DNA of 62,919 nucleotides, filler included, from Dicyema japonicum (lineage: Eukaryota > Animalia > Dicyemida): the NCBI GenBank assembly GCA_011109175.1. It is 14 parts of 13 records of this genome, joined end to end, with 100 filler letters (N's around TTAATTAATTAA, not from the genome) between each part and the next. Parts side by side here need not be neighbours in the genome. Positions count along the whole stretch, not along the records: positions 8,784 to 14,887 come from RDEW01000280.1; positions 14,988 to 16,614 come from RDEW01000109.1; positions 16,715 to 20,479 come from RDEW01000115.1; positions 20,580 to 25,929 come from RDEW01000171.1; 10 more parts are not named here. One strand, 5' to 3'. The notes under the pieces were generated by a model. That model was not told where the DNA came from, ran no database searches, and saw only the letters and a program-made list of their open reading frames with translations. The position numbers and the translations under genes were made by a program. Positions within the stretch are counted from its first letter, which is position 1, and each line of letters begins with the position of its first letter. Positions 12,208 to 24,748 of this stretch are shown here, in pieces.

Positions 12208-15200
12208 TTCAATTCTCTCTTTTCATTCCGAGGATTCTAACGTCTTTAAGTATCCCGAGTACAAAATCGTTATTTCACTGTATAATATCAATCTTGAATC
12301 CACAAAGAAATCTTCGAAACATCTTTACTTAGCCAACAAGTATATATTTTCAAGGTCTTTCACCCCATGATCGATTCTAGTAATCTTCAGAAGATGCTTA
12401 CCATCGTAGTTATAAAATAAGCTATTCTCCCGTGTCTCACCATATGCACTTGGAATTAAGAGGTCGAAAGATATCCACATTCATATCACTATTCGAGTGA
12501 TTTTTTTTGGATCATAATATGATGCTTGATTGTTCTCCCCCATCTACCAACTCGTCAAAGTACTTTTGTAAAAAGAACTACGCTGCTGCTTTTCTCAGAC
12601 TCTCTCTACGTAATTCAAATTGTCAACAAACTCGGAGCCTTAGTCCACGCATCATGTCCTAGCTATCTGACTAAGAAATATATGCTACTCTCTGAAGAGA
12701 TCAAAGTAATCAATAATCCTTATTACATTAAAAATAAAATTTTGTTTATGTAGAAACAATTTGTCTTCTAATTATGTGGAAGTCTGCTCTCTCGTACTGT
12801 GTTGTTTTTAAGTGTTCGAAAATAAATGTTTGGTATGAGTTGTTGTATTTTCAGTTATAGACGGTGGGAAAATAGGCATATCAATCCATTGTTAGAGATA
12901 CAGATAGACATTCTATTTACCAAGCATTCTATTTATTGCCATCATAGATAACAAATTGGAATCATTAAATCATCGATTTTTTTGACATTTCTCAATTTTC
13001 ATTTTACAAGAAGATTTCAGGAAATGATGAACCGAAACATGAAGATAGCGACATTTTAAAGGCTAATAGAGAGATCAATAGAACCATCATCATGATCTCA
13101 CAGTGGAGACTAAGCAATGGCGCCGTTATCCTTCTCCTGTTTTAGCAGTGAATCAAGTCTACAGTAGACGAGTAGATTAAAGAGGAGAGGAAGTGTGTAA
13201 TACATTGTAAAGATCGGGAAAAGCGTGAAATTCAAAGTGGTTGAAATAAAGTCTGATGGAAAGATCTCGCATATGATGTACGGGATAGACCAGAGGATCT
13301 AGAATTCTCGAAACAGTGAGGAAACTTCTTAAATAGCTATGGAGGACATATAATTGTCGATTAATTTTTACATTCACTTTCGTCCAATATAGACATACAC
13401 CGTCCTCAATGGCTGAACCAAATGTTTTCTTCGTATCGATTCGAAATGGCCCAGATGAGGGCAGGAAACTTCATGCACATAAACCAACCAATAATAGACC
13501 TTGATGAGATTTGCTTCGACAATTCGTCAGAAGTACCCTATTTCAAATAGATTAGACGATAAAAAGGATATAGAACAGGTCAAAAAACGTCTTCTTTTTT
13601 TTCAGGATCATTCGAATATATCCCACAGCAATTCATCTACAATTCAGATAATAAAGGCTGTGTTTAGATTACATTTCTAGAATCCTGAAGAATCTCTCCA
13701 CCAGTTAGCGATGTTGCAGATTTCGTTGATTAAAGAACGACGAGAAATAAATCAACAGGTGAGGAAATTTCGACGGGTTCCAACAAAGACGGATTAGATG
13801 TTGCACAGATGTGGATAATTCCATAAACGACCGTAATTTTTTCAATAATTTTGGAAAGTAGGCATCAGTTCATTTCAGCTTTCTCAGTTGGATACAACAT
13901 TAAGGAACTGGAGGAATGGAAGATACAAATTACGTCCCACAAGACTGGAGGAAAGTATCCAGCAAGATCCCTAATTGAGTAGATAAACACAGTTACCATT
14001 ACGAAGCTGAAACACGAGCTGATCAAGGCGATCCTAGACAACCATTTTCTGGTTGTAAATAGGGAAGACGACCCAGATAACACAGAACGGCCACGAGGCC
14101 GGTTCCACCGCTTATGGGAAGATTAAATGCACTCAGCCTCGTAGAGTACCTGGAATTTCCGTTTCAAACGAGCTTCAGATTGTTTACACTATTCGATTTG
14201 AAAATTGAACTTCTAAGGACAACGAGATCAAGTATATGGCTGATGTAATGTTGTTGAGAGTGCTTGATTGCCCTGAATTAGTGCAATATTTGTTAATCAC
14301 TATGGAGGAGCCTCACGAGTGAACGGTGAACACTGACATTCTGTTCGGACTCCTGAAGGATACTATGCTAAAATGAAAGATTCTGAAGTTGATTGTAGCT
14401 TCTTTGATGTTGAAATCTGTTAAATCTTCCATGTATTTCTACCAATCCGTGAGATTTGGGACTTATTTAGCCGATTTTCATTACGTCTTTGATCTCTGCT
14501 TTGTAAAGCAGTAGATTTAAAATCCGTAAAAACGTGCATAGACCACCTGAAAGTCACTCTACTAGCCGAGGCACAGGCGAAGCAATTGGCGCCGAGATCA
14601 GTTACTGATGGTCCAAGGAAGTACTTCAGATTATACACCGAGCGAGAAAAGTAATAGGCTTAAGTAATGCTGTGGATTATGATTATTAAGTTCCCAAGAT
14701 TAGAAAAATAAACTTCGCTGCTACAAAACACCAACTGAAGTCCACGGAAATTAATCAGCTTATCTTTTCCAACTTTATGGACCCTTGCCCTGTGCAATAC
14801 CTCTTGTCTACGATTGAGCAGCGACACGCATTGAACGCATTAAACGATGAGGGACTGTTGATTTCTCTAGAGGGAAGGGTAGTTTTANNNNNNNNNNNNN
14901 NNNNNNNNNNNNNNNNNNNNNNNNNNNNNNNTTAATTAATTAANNNNNNNNNNNNNNNNNNNNNNNNNNNNNNNNNNNNNNNNNNNNGATTAACTTCAAT
15001 TAATTTTATAAATGATTTATTAACCACAAAAAATTAAATTTAAGTAACTTTTTTTAGTCTACTCATTAATACAGTCGATATTTCTCCTTTCGAATTTTTT
15101 ATCTATCAAATTATCTATTTAAAACTACCTCCACGCGATTATTCGATAAAATATTAATTATTTCTGCAACTGAATAATACTGAGACTCAAACTTATCCAG

Positions 15201-15369
15201 TCGCAATGAGGGATTTGCTCCAAAGTCCTTTTTAGCCCGAACCTATTTATTAATGTTTTCGATTCATACTTTATCTCCCATGTTAAAAGTATATTTACTA
15301 TTATGAACATTCATGTTATGTGGTCATAACATAATTTTTAGATGTTTTTAATATGGAATCTCGGAAACA

Positions 15370-16050
15370 TAGCAAAGTGACCGACCTGCTGGCAGTTGTA
15401 GCAGATCGGCGGCCCTCTTCTCATCCACTCACAGGAGATCTTGTTTGTTCCAATGTAGAAGCCGATGTGGCCTCCGATTTGCTATTAATCGAGGCCTTCG
15501 CCATTCGCATGACATGCGATCCTCTGGACATTTGGGTAAATTTTGTAGTTGAGGGAGCCATCTTCTGGAGGTAGTCCAAGAGGTCGTCTTCCTTCACCCA
15601 GAAAGGTAGGTTCCTCTGGACAATCTCAGACGGTTTAGTTGAAAGTGTTCTGAATCGGTGGTTGTCCGGACCAAATGGACAGGTCTCATTCACGGCCTCC
15701 ATATAGGTGGTCATGTGGGTGTTGTCTCGGAAATCCAGTCGGAAGGAGCCCGATCCTCTGTGGCTCATCTTCATATATCCGTACTGGTCATAGAGGAATA
15801 GAATGTTTGCGATCCTTATCGCACTGTTAGGGAGTTGACTGTTATCAATAGAGACGAGTTGTCTGTGGGGTTAGTTTTCATGGGTTCGTTTGTTTTTTTG
15901 CCCATTTCTGTGTAGTCGTGTTTCATAGTTTCTTTGGCAGGTCGTGTCCGATGAGAAAGGAGTCAGCCGTAGCACTTCCCGGATGACGAGAAGAGCTGCT
16001 GGCTTTTGTTGGTGCAACTTTCGCGGTCGCTCATTTTCCTTTAGCAATAA
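15370..16050 (-). mobile_element. Second copy of the Jockey/I-like LINE ORF1
   Basis: Near-identical to 1080-1770 (MSHRGSGSFRLDF, MTTYMEAVNETCPFGPDNHRFRTL). Confidence 0.85.
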
Positions 16051-16344
16051 CCATTCAGTCGAGGAACTCGTGAGGAGAACGTGAGCCCAGTCGAATCCTT
16101 AAAACTTCCGAAAAGTGATTCGTCATACATGAAGTGTGTCGGCTCACGAGAGGAGCACCAAGAAAGGATGGGCGCCTGCTTAAGGAGGTCGGGATCACCT
16201 GACGGCCTCCACTCTCTTTTATTTTGTCAGTGATTATTGATTTTAAATAAATAAATAAAAATAAAACATAAAATTTTAACGATTTTTTGGCGACAGGAAC
16301 AAGAACTCTTTTATCTTCAGTGGAATCGAAAGTATTCAATCAGA

Positions 16345-16613
16345 TTCTCTGGTTTGCTGAGTGACGCCGTCATCAGTGATACGTCACCGCGAAACCGGAT
16401 TATCCACAGGACGCACACGCAACTAAAAGTAAAAAAGTTAAGAACATGTCGGGGAATTCCAATCAGAAAAATTTTCTAATCTCTAAGGTAAAATTGCCTG
16501 GAAAGTCCTGATGGTCCCGGGTTCGAATCTCGCTGCTGTACATTCCGGCTGAAGGTTCCACACATCTATGATGCTTTAGGTATGTGAGTGACGCTGTCAT
16601 CTTTGAATGCTTC
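16345..16613 (+). mobile_element. Two partial copies of the tRNA-derived SINE
   Basis: gagtgacgccgtcatcagtga... at about 16358 and gggttcgaatctcgctgctgt... at about 16519 match the body and B box of 3360-3719. Confidence 0.8.
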
Positions 16614-16714
16614 ANNNNNNNNNNNNNNNNNNNNNNNNNNNNNNNNNNNNNNNNNNNNTTAATTAATTAANNNNNNNNNNNNNNNNNNNNNNNNNNNNNN
16701 NNNNNNNNNNNNNN

Positions 16715-17720
16715 GCGTATAAGAGCAATAATGGTGTATAAGAGGAAACTCTATACACATGAAAGTCGGTGTAAGAGGAGAGAAAATAATCTGTTTGAGT
16801 TTAATCGCAGATTGTTTTACCGTCGCCTACACGAAAATGGCCATAGTGTATGTTCCGGCAGGACGCGGAAATGCTTTCCACATGGGATAGTATGTAGGAG
16901 GATAGTCCATGCAGAGGAAATGCGTGGAATGTCCCGTACAGCGCCGCTCCTTTCTTGGCGGAATCTTGCAATATTTTTTTGGGTCGATCAACAAATACAT
17001 GTCCTCACTGTAAGTCAAGGAGCATGTCGGTTGATCATTTAGCCACTCGATGTAGATCCATGCTCTGCCACGACTATGTGTGGAGGCATAACGAGGTAGT
17101 AAGGAGTCTTCATCTTCTACTATGCAATAAGTATAGTATTCGCCACACCAGATAGTTGCGGACTCATAAGGTGCAATCTGTAGTAAAGAACATCAGGGTA
17201 CAAATTAAGGTAGACAGTGTTTCCGTATTTCGACACCATAAACCGGACATTGTGTTACACGATAAGGAGTCTGGCCAAGTCCTTATCATAGAGGTTGGCA
17301 TCACGTCTCAAGACCGTTTGCAGACTGTGGAGGTGGAGAAAAAAAGGAAGTATGACTTTCTTGCAAACGAGATGGGGCAGATGCTTGGTTGCAAGGTCCT
17401 CGTTATTCCAATAGTAATGACGTGGGAAGGAATTACAACAAAGTACCACAAGGGTTATCTAAAGCAGTTGGGGGTAGATAGGAAGCTCCAGGTCTATCTA
17501 CAGTCCACTGTATTAAAGCGGACCCTAGAGAGCCTGACACTGGAGTATAGGAGGCAGAGCCCTGAGATGCCATATGGGCAGAAGGTTCAATTAAACAAGG
17601 CGTTCTCGGAGTTGTTTCAGCAACCAGAATCGAACCTGCCTGAGGAGGCTGGCAAACAGGCAGGCGAGGAAGGTTGTTGATTATTAAATATATTAACTTT
17701 TTTATTGTTTGTTAAATAAA
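16715..17720 (+). mobile_element. R4/Dong-like element with the RT domain internally deleted
   Basis: The pre-RT region (matching about 26330-26580) is joined at about 16970 to the CCHC knuckle (CPHCKSRSMSVDHLATRC...HNEVVR), the REL domain and the 3' UTR. Confidence 0.88.
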
Positions 17721-18830
17721 GTGGGTTAAAAAGTAAATTAAGTTAGTTTATTTTTAAAGTGGTAAACCTTTGTTCTTTAAAATTTTTAAAATTACCATGC
17801 TCGTTTTTGTTCGTGTATGATTCGTCCTTTTACATTAAAAATTCGTCAATANTTCCTATTCTTTTTTTCGAAGGATAAGAAAATCAAAAATAGATTATAT
17901 AATCCATAGGTAGTTTTTGTAAATAATGTCTTCGAAAATAAGCAGAAGTTTATTTTTGAAAAACAGTATTGAAAGTTTTCGAAAAGTGACCTTCGACAAT
18001 GTAAATCATTTTTATGTGACTTTGGCAGATAGCCGTAGCATCGATGACTCCAAACGATATCAGCGGTTATCTTTCCTTTTCTAAATCCTCTCTGACATTA
18101 AGTATCGATTAACAGGACTTGATATCCGACTCACCGTTACATTAAAGTTAACAGCAGACACTTTAATAGAACTATGGATTCGAGATTCTCGAGTGCCTTG
18201 TATTTTAAATTGATTTTACGTGATCCTAACTTAACCACACAGCCATAAACATGTTTTTATATAAATTTAACCCGTGTTGGAAAGTTACAATTAAGGTTAA
18301 GGTTTAATATTTAGTTCAATGATTTTTTCTAAGATTTTTTGGATGCACAAACGAGAGATATCGGTCTGAACGAGTTCGGTGAGTCCTTTGTCCGTCCGGG
18401 TTTCAAAATCGGCCGTATGTTCGTTAACGTCAATATTAACGGAATAGAGTTCCTGTCGATTATTATTATTATTAAAAACCAAAAATCACCGACAAATTAA
18501 ATAACTACATAGCCGTCAGGTGATTCCGGCCGCCTCGAGTAGCCATCTCATTCTTGCTCGGTGTTCTTCCCGGGTTCCAACGCATTTCCGGATTGGGCGG
18601 GGGTTTCTAACTTTATTGGAGGGTAGAAAAGCTTCGATTTTCATCACTAATTCATCAAGAGGTGTAGGGTTTAGAGGTCTCTAAGAAAAATTGATAAGTT
18701 GAAATTTACACCGAGAAAGAAGGATACACCGAGAAAGAAGTTAAAGTAACCAACTAATTAAGTGTATCCAGTTTCCACTTATACAGAAACAGAGTCCATC
18801 CGGAATAAGCATAAAGGGTAAAACGTCCAT

Positions 18831-18985
18831 TACATGCAGTTGTGGAAACCCCTCTAGTGGAGTGGGGAAGAGCAAATGATCATTTTTCATGCCGGCCTGG
18901 CACTGGGCGTCACCTAGACAGGTGGATCATATGACGCCACTCTATTAAGAAGAGAGAGGAGGAACAGCCAAGCAAGCAGAAAATT
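18831..18985 (+). repeat. Unclassified dispersed repeat family
   Basis: Core GCCGGCCTGGCACTGRGCGYCACCTAGACARGTGGAT. A minus-strand copy lies at about 59535-59705 and a partial copy at about 29415-29490. Confidence 0.75.
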
Positions 18986-19264
18986 TAATTAAATTTCATT
19001 TTATTAATATTTTTAAATCCAAACTATTAAAAATTTGAAAAATTAATATTATTTACAATTGAATAAAGATATTAGGCGTGGTTTCGTATTGTTTATTTAA
19101 ATTTTAGGTGGATTATATCGAATATATATGATTTTACTAGGATTGATTTTAATAGGCATCATATTTATTCTAGCGAATTTTATTTACAAATCATCCGGCA
19201 CGAAAAATACCCTTGTGGAACACAGACAGTCTGACAAGATAATTATTTACTACGCAACATACAA

Positions 19265-19696
19265 NTGAAATCTATACTAAAGCAATCGTTAGTGTCCCTG
19301 GAAAAGCAAATATACGCGTTTGAAGGCAGCTATCTAGAAGAAACCTTCAAATACGGGAATATCGTCACTGGCTGGGATGACTATCTTCTAAACAGGTAAG
19401 TTTTTCCCACATATCTAGCAGAATTCAATCTCCTGACCAGAAGCCGAAGAGAGTGAAGGAGAGTGATCGAATATTTTCTAATTCCTCAACTACATACAAA
19501 CAGGTTGCTATTTCGATGATTTTAGATCGTTGGAAGGGATCTCTCAAATGTGTGCACTGAAGATGAGGGGGAAACTGAAGATGTCAAAAGTGATAGAGAG
19601 GATGCCTTTGTGTATTCCTTTCGACAAGCTTCGTTAACTTCCCCCTCCCCTTCTCTGGATAAATCCAGGAAGCGTCCATCAACTATTAGAAACTGA
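19265..19696 (+). CDS. MEAF6: NuA4/MOZ histone acetyltransferase subunit Eaf6 (MEAF6); 5' end uncertain
   Basis: [30 protein letters not shown]...[13 protein letters not shown]. Introns at 19396-19418 (23 nt) and 19504-19525 (22 nt) give an open frame to TGA at 19694-19696. The putative start reads nTG at 19265. Confidence 0.9.
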
Positions 19697-19719
19697 TTTT
19701 GATTTTTAATCCTTTTATT

Positions 19720-19950
19720 TTCACTTTGTGTATGGCCATTCCAATCTTTTGTTACAGCCATAACCCTTCTCGTTGATCCCTTTTCTTTCTGGCAAGCATT
19801 CCTCCGAGTTCGCGCAAGAACTCAGCCGTCATTGGAGCAACGGCTCCCGATGACTTTGTGTATAAATTAGTTTCTTCACACTTTGACTGGCACCATACAT
19901 CTTTGCTGTCTCCAATCGACTCAGGAGATATCGAATATAAGAATTTCACA
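19720..19950 (-). mobile_element. CRE-clade 3' fragment
   Basis: APMTAEFLRELGGMLARKKRDQREGLWL*QKIGMAI; nucleotide-similar to 50465-50580. Confidence 0.7.
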
Positions 19951-20043
19951 AATTTTGTTGAAAGATGAAGGAGCGTGGAAAAGTCTGCCCTGAGGAAGAA
20001 ATTATTATTTTTTAATTCTCGAACATTCTAGAAATAATTTAAA

Positions 20044-20479
20044 ATGATATCGCTACCTCCGATGAATGATTTGGTGAGGTGCGATTTATTATATTACGGA
20101 AGATTATCCTCCTCAAGATATCAATGATATTGTCTATGCTTCTCAGTGTGCATATTTGGCTTTAAATATGAAAGTAAAGACTCAGAGCATTTGTTAGAAA
20201 ATATGGAGAAAAAAATTTCAATGTTATCATCTCAATTGGAACTTGTTAATGGCTATTTCAGACAAGCTCTGCCTGTTTCGGAAAAGCAAAAAGTGATTGA
20301 TGGTCTTGTTGCTATGGATACAGAAAGTCTAAAAAGGGTGAGTCGACAAGGATTGATGCTTTATTAAATAACTTGATCAGAATTAAGAATAACTGTACAT
20401 TTTTCGAGGATGGACTTCCATGAGACATTTTTATTAAGAAAATTGAATATTCACATGGTTTTTATGCACTGAGATTAAT
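20044..20479 (+). CDS. Possible micro-intron gene of unknown function, cut by gap
   Basis: Open frames separated by GT...AG segments of about 24-43 nt (for example gtaaagactcagagcatttgttag). No family recognised and the exon structure is not resolved. Confidence 0.3.
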
Positions 20480-21179
20480 NNNNNNNNNNNNNNNNNNNNN
20501 NNNNNNNNNNNNNNNNNNNNNNNTTAATTAATTAANNNNNNNNNNNNNNNNNNNNNNNNNNNNNNNNNNNNNNNNNNNNGGATTAGAGGGGATAAAGGAT
20601 CCTTTTTGTTTGTGAGGTAGATTCCACAACTTGCGCCACCAGAAACGGCGAACTACATGACGCGTCCATTAACAAAATTATCCAATTAATAGTTTAATTA
20701 ATTTTTATGTATTATAAATTAAATTAACCCCCTTGGTCTTTAAAATAATTTTAATTTTTTGACCCCAGTCTCGCTAACTTTTAGGAAAATGGGACCGTCA
20801 AATAGTGCGCCGTAAAGACATGACGCTTCCAGATATCCATTTCTTTTACGTCGAACCTTGGTGGTCTATGAAAAACAAAGAGATCCAAATTGTGTAATAA
20901 CAAATATAGACTAATTACCACGAAACAAAAACTTATTAAAGTTCGATGATTTATATAAGTCATTTTGCATTCACTGTCAGAAAAGAGAATCAAATCAAAT
21001 TCTTGTGTTGTTCGTCAAATTTTATAGATAGAATTTTTATCTCGTACGCAGGTTGATCTGATGAGATCTTTATCATATGGCCATTATAATTGGAATTTAG
21101 TATATTAAGCTCATATGAAGATATTTTGTATCCTTCGCGCTTTAAAAACAAAAATGTACTGGAGAAATTGCTTTTCAAC

Positions 21180-21320
21180 TTCTCAATAATTTTTTAATGT
21201 TCGGAGCCCGCAAATATTGCTAAGTGATAATGATGTAGAGTTTACAGCTGAAATAATAACTACACTTTCTGAATAGTGGAATGGAATTACCATTGTTCAT
21301 GATATTTTTTATTACTATAA
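21180..21320 (+). mobile_element. Degraded Ginger/KRBA2-type integrase fragment
   Basis: With one frameshift it reads FLMFGAPQILLSDNDVEFTAEII..L...WNGITIVH, matching the FGAPxILQSDNGREF motif. Confidence 0.6.
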
Positions 21321-22027
21321 AACAATCCCCATATTCTGTTCTGTTTGGTAAAGATATAAGAATTGGATTAATTTCAACAAATTTACCCGAAGATTTTCTC
21401 AAAAAAGAAAGAGTGAAGATAATTTAATTGAAATATTGGAATATTTACTAATCGTCATAAAGCACAAGATAATCGGGAAAGGTTACGTAAGATGTAATTG
21501 CAGGAGGATCTGAAACATGTAAAAACAATAGGTAAATTGATTTATGACAAATTGACAAAATAGATGCATGTTTTAAAAATAATTCTAAATGTAATATCAG
21601 ATGTCACAAAAATGACAACTGCGTAAATAAACTTTAATAGTTAATTCGTTTAAAAATTAGTGTCATGTTTTAAAACTTTTTAATCTAATGGGTGAAAAAT
21701 TTATTGTCTATTAAAAAAATTTTAATCTCAGGCTGACAATAATAAAATTAGATTAAAATAAGCGAGAAAATTTATTACAATTTTAATTTAGTCTATTCAT
21801 GAAATGACTGAATCATTTTTATTCATTTCATGAATAAACTAAATCATTTTTTATTCAATTCATGAATTGACTGAATCATTTTTTTAACAGTTGACAAATG
21901 TGAGCTATACAATAGCTCTACCACATTATCTTAAAAAATCCCATTCTAGACACGCAGTCTACCAAATGCGACCTAATCAAAATAGACCACCCAAATTAAA
22001 CAACTCCGAAAAATTTGAAAAGTAATG

Positions 22028-22664
22028 TTATTTTGCTATATTTTCTTTGTAAGAGGTTATCAGAGAAAGAATTCTCTTAGCAGAGACCATCCCTTTACTA
22101 TCGACCTCATTCTCACATAGATTTTCGATTTTCCTAAGAAGAACTCCCTCCGACTTTAAGAGGATAATCAACAGAGACCACCTTTACATTATTAGATAAA
22201 AGTGGGTTCTTCTCCGTAGCGTTGTCTCTGGTGGTATTGGCGATGTAAAACTTGTAGAACCACTGAGCGAATTCATAGTTATCCTGAAACTTGGACTTGG
22301 CCAGTCTCTCAACGTCTATCATCTGGGATTAGTTGGTCTCCTGCCTTGGTTACGCCGAGTTTTTTGAAGATTGCCTGTAACTCCTTGAAGTTGCTGATAA
22401 ACTCGTGTTCCAGTGTCGCCCCGCACTTTACCTTGATGGGGAATGAAGAAAGCTCAGGGAAGATTATCCTCATTATCAGACAGTAGTGGTAAGCTTGGTT
22501 GATGACTGTTAGTACCTTTACCTAGGTCTTCAACATTAGAGATTTTGTAGTCTTTCAAGATAGAGTTGATCCACAGAACCAGCTTCCATCGGCTAATATT
22601 CTCGTTAGAAACATTTGTGCTAACAACATTAATCACCTTTGAGATTAACAAACCGCCAAACCAT
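22028..22664 (-). CDS. MAPRE1: Microtubule end-binding protein EB1/MAPRE family, minimal 179-aa form
   Basis: Five exons with introns at 22637-22661, 22494-22515, 22323-22344 (GC-AG) and 22154-22181. Translation: [25 protein letters not shown]...[13 protein letters not shown]...[16 protein letters not shown]...LLRKIENLC...[16 protein letters not shown]. Confidence 0.93.
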
Positions 22665-23289
22665 AACAAGGACAAATTCAAACACCTTTAATGTTTTATT
22701 AAATTAGTATGTTTTAAATAAAATATTTAAATGTTTTAAACATTATTAAAATTCCCTAAAAACCATCTTTCGACAATGTAAGAAAAAATAATCCTTAAAA
22801 ACAACTGACACAATTGATTTTATGACTAATTCAACTTTATATGTGTTGTTTATCATGCTTTTATTAAAATCAGTGGTTCTTAACCTTTTTTAAGTCATCG
22901 TCCCTTTTTTTATACAATTTTGAAGCTTCAAAATTTCAACGCCCCTTTAAGATTTAATTTAATTTTAAAAAATTGTTAAACCTTTTGTGTCGAGTTAAAG
23001 GTGTTCAGAAAATAAAAATTATTTATGAGTTACATCATACGGTTACATTACTTTGATTGACATAACGTACGTAAATTAATAATTATAATGCAATACTATC
23101 ATTACATGTTGATTCATTAATCTGAATTGAAATTTGTTGATCTTAGCAGGTGGTTCTCAAGGGCGACCCGCTGCTACTTAAGTGTGCCCGCTTAAAATTA
23201 TAAAAATATTACATATTTTAACTATTGTTTTTATATTAAATATTTATAATAGGCACCGAATAGGCTAGGTAAAACTCAAGAGAAGGATC

Positions 23290-24165
23290 TTTCAGGGGGA
23301 TAGCATGTCTCCGCTGCTCTTTATTCTCTGTTTGGAGCCATTGAGTCGCCGCCTCAATGACCGGTTTGAGCAAATACCAGTTCATTGTGAGGGGGTTTGT
23401 TTCAGTATAAATCACCTTCTTTTTATCGATGACCTGAAGATGTATGCTCGAACAGCCGAGGAGCTCTACTCCATGGGGGTCTGTGCCAGTGAATTCTTTG
23501 AGAGTATAGGACAAGATTTGAATTATTCAAAATCTACGACTAACACGCAAGTATGTAGCGAGTTAGTAAGAGTCCTAGAGGAACACGAAGAACATAAGTA
23601 TCTGTGTGTTACCGAAACTCCAAAGTCCCTTATAATGCCCAAGACAAAGCGACAAATTACTGAAGGCATTCGTAAAAGAGCAGCGTTATTATGCAAGACG
23701 TCTCTAAATGCAAGGAATTTGTTCTTAGTATTAAATGAGTATGCTGTCTCGCTGCTAAACTACTACATAGTTGTTGTGGAGTTTGAGCCCAAAGAGTATG
23801 ATGAGATGGATGTTATGATCCGTGGAGTACTCAGAGAGAACCATGTCCATGTGCTGACAGCCAATAAGGAAAGACTATATTTACCCCGTGATAAATTCGG
23901 CCGTGGACTGTGTGGAGTAGTCCAACTAAGTGAGCGCAACCTAATGCGAATGCACGACACCCTGATAGCTGGGTTAAGTGTGTCTGCTAGGATGCACGCC
24001 ATAATAACGACCGACAAAACACGGGCAACCCATTTAGGCACTATCAGACCTTTTTTGTCTGCTAAGTATGGTGTTGATGATGGTGGGCTAGTAAATGTGA
24101 AGGCGTTAATCGAATTAAAATATAATAATTTGATGGAAAAGATCAACTTAAAAAGCCTTCATAAN
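23290..24165 (+). mobile_element. R4/Dong-like RT C-terminal fragment
   Basis: QGDSMSPLLFILCL, NHLLFIDDLK and NKERLYLPRDKFGRGL; near-identical to about 27265-28100. Confidence 0.9.
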
Positions 24166-24748
24166 TGGGATCCTCTCATCACTTGAATTCTCCCTCGCGA
24201 CTTTCCTCTCTTCAGTCAATTCTTCTACAGGTCTCAGGCCAGATCCTACTCCACATATACTGAACCGGTCGCAACCGTAACCTTGAGGATCATCGAGAGT
24301 AGCTCCCGGTGAATTGTATCAGGTCGTTTATTGCGAGAGGGAAAGAGATAACCGAGAAAGGAGATGGCTCATTGAGAGTATTTCCTTCAAATCGTGAGGG
24401 GATATGCGTTTTCAATTTTAAGAGTAGCCACCCTTAATAATAATTTTTAATGTGGATTGAAGTTCGACCTCTTCTATCTTGGAGACCTGTCAACGGGCCT
24501 CTAAAGCCAAATTGATTCCCGAAATCTCATTTTAGCATTAATATTAAAAATCAAACTTTCGACCTCTTCTAATGGGGACCGGTCTATTGGTCTCTGCCCT
24601 TATATCATAAAGATCATTTTCTATTTCATCCATTATAGGAGAAGCTTAATGTCTTAGAGTGAATGTGAAGTAAGAGTCCACGTGTCCAAATTATAACAAA
24701 TATTCCACTGTGCTACTTTAAGAGGTTAATATTAACGAATAACTAAGG

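Noticed and set aside
13400-14700. Possible reverse transcriptase or gene remnant
   Set aside because: I could not anchor a diagnostic motif in any frame.
18297-18482. 61-aa ORF as a small gene
   Set aside because: It has a TTG start, includes an (AAT)n microsatellite, and shows no recognisable homology or splice structure.
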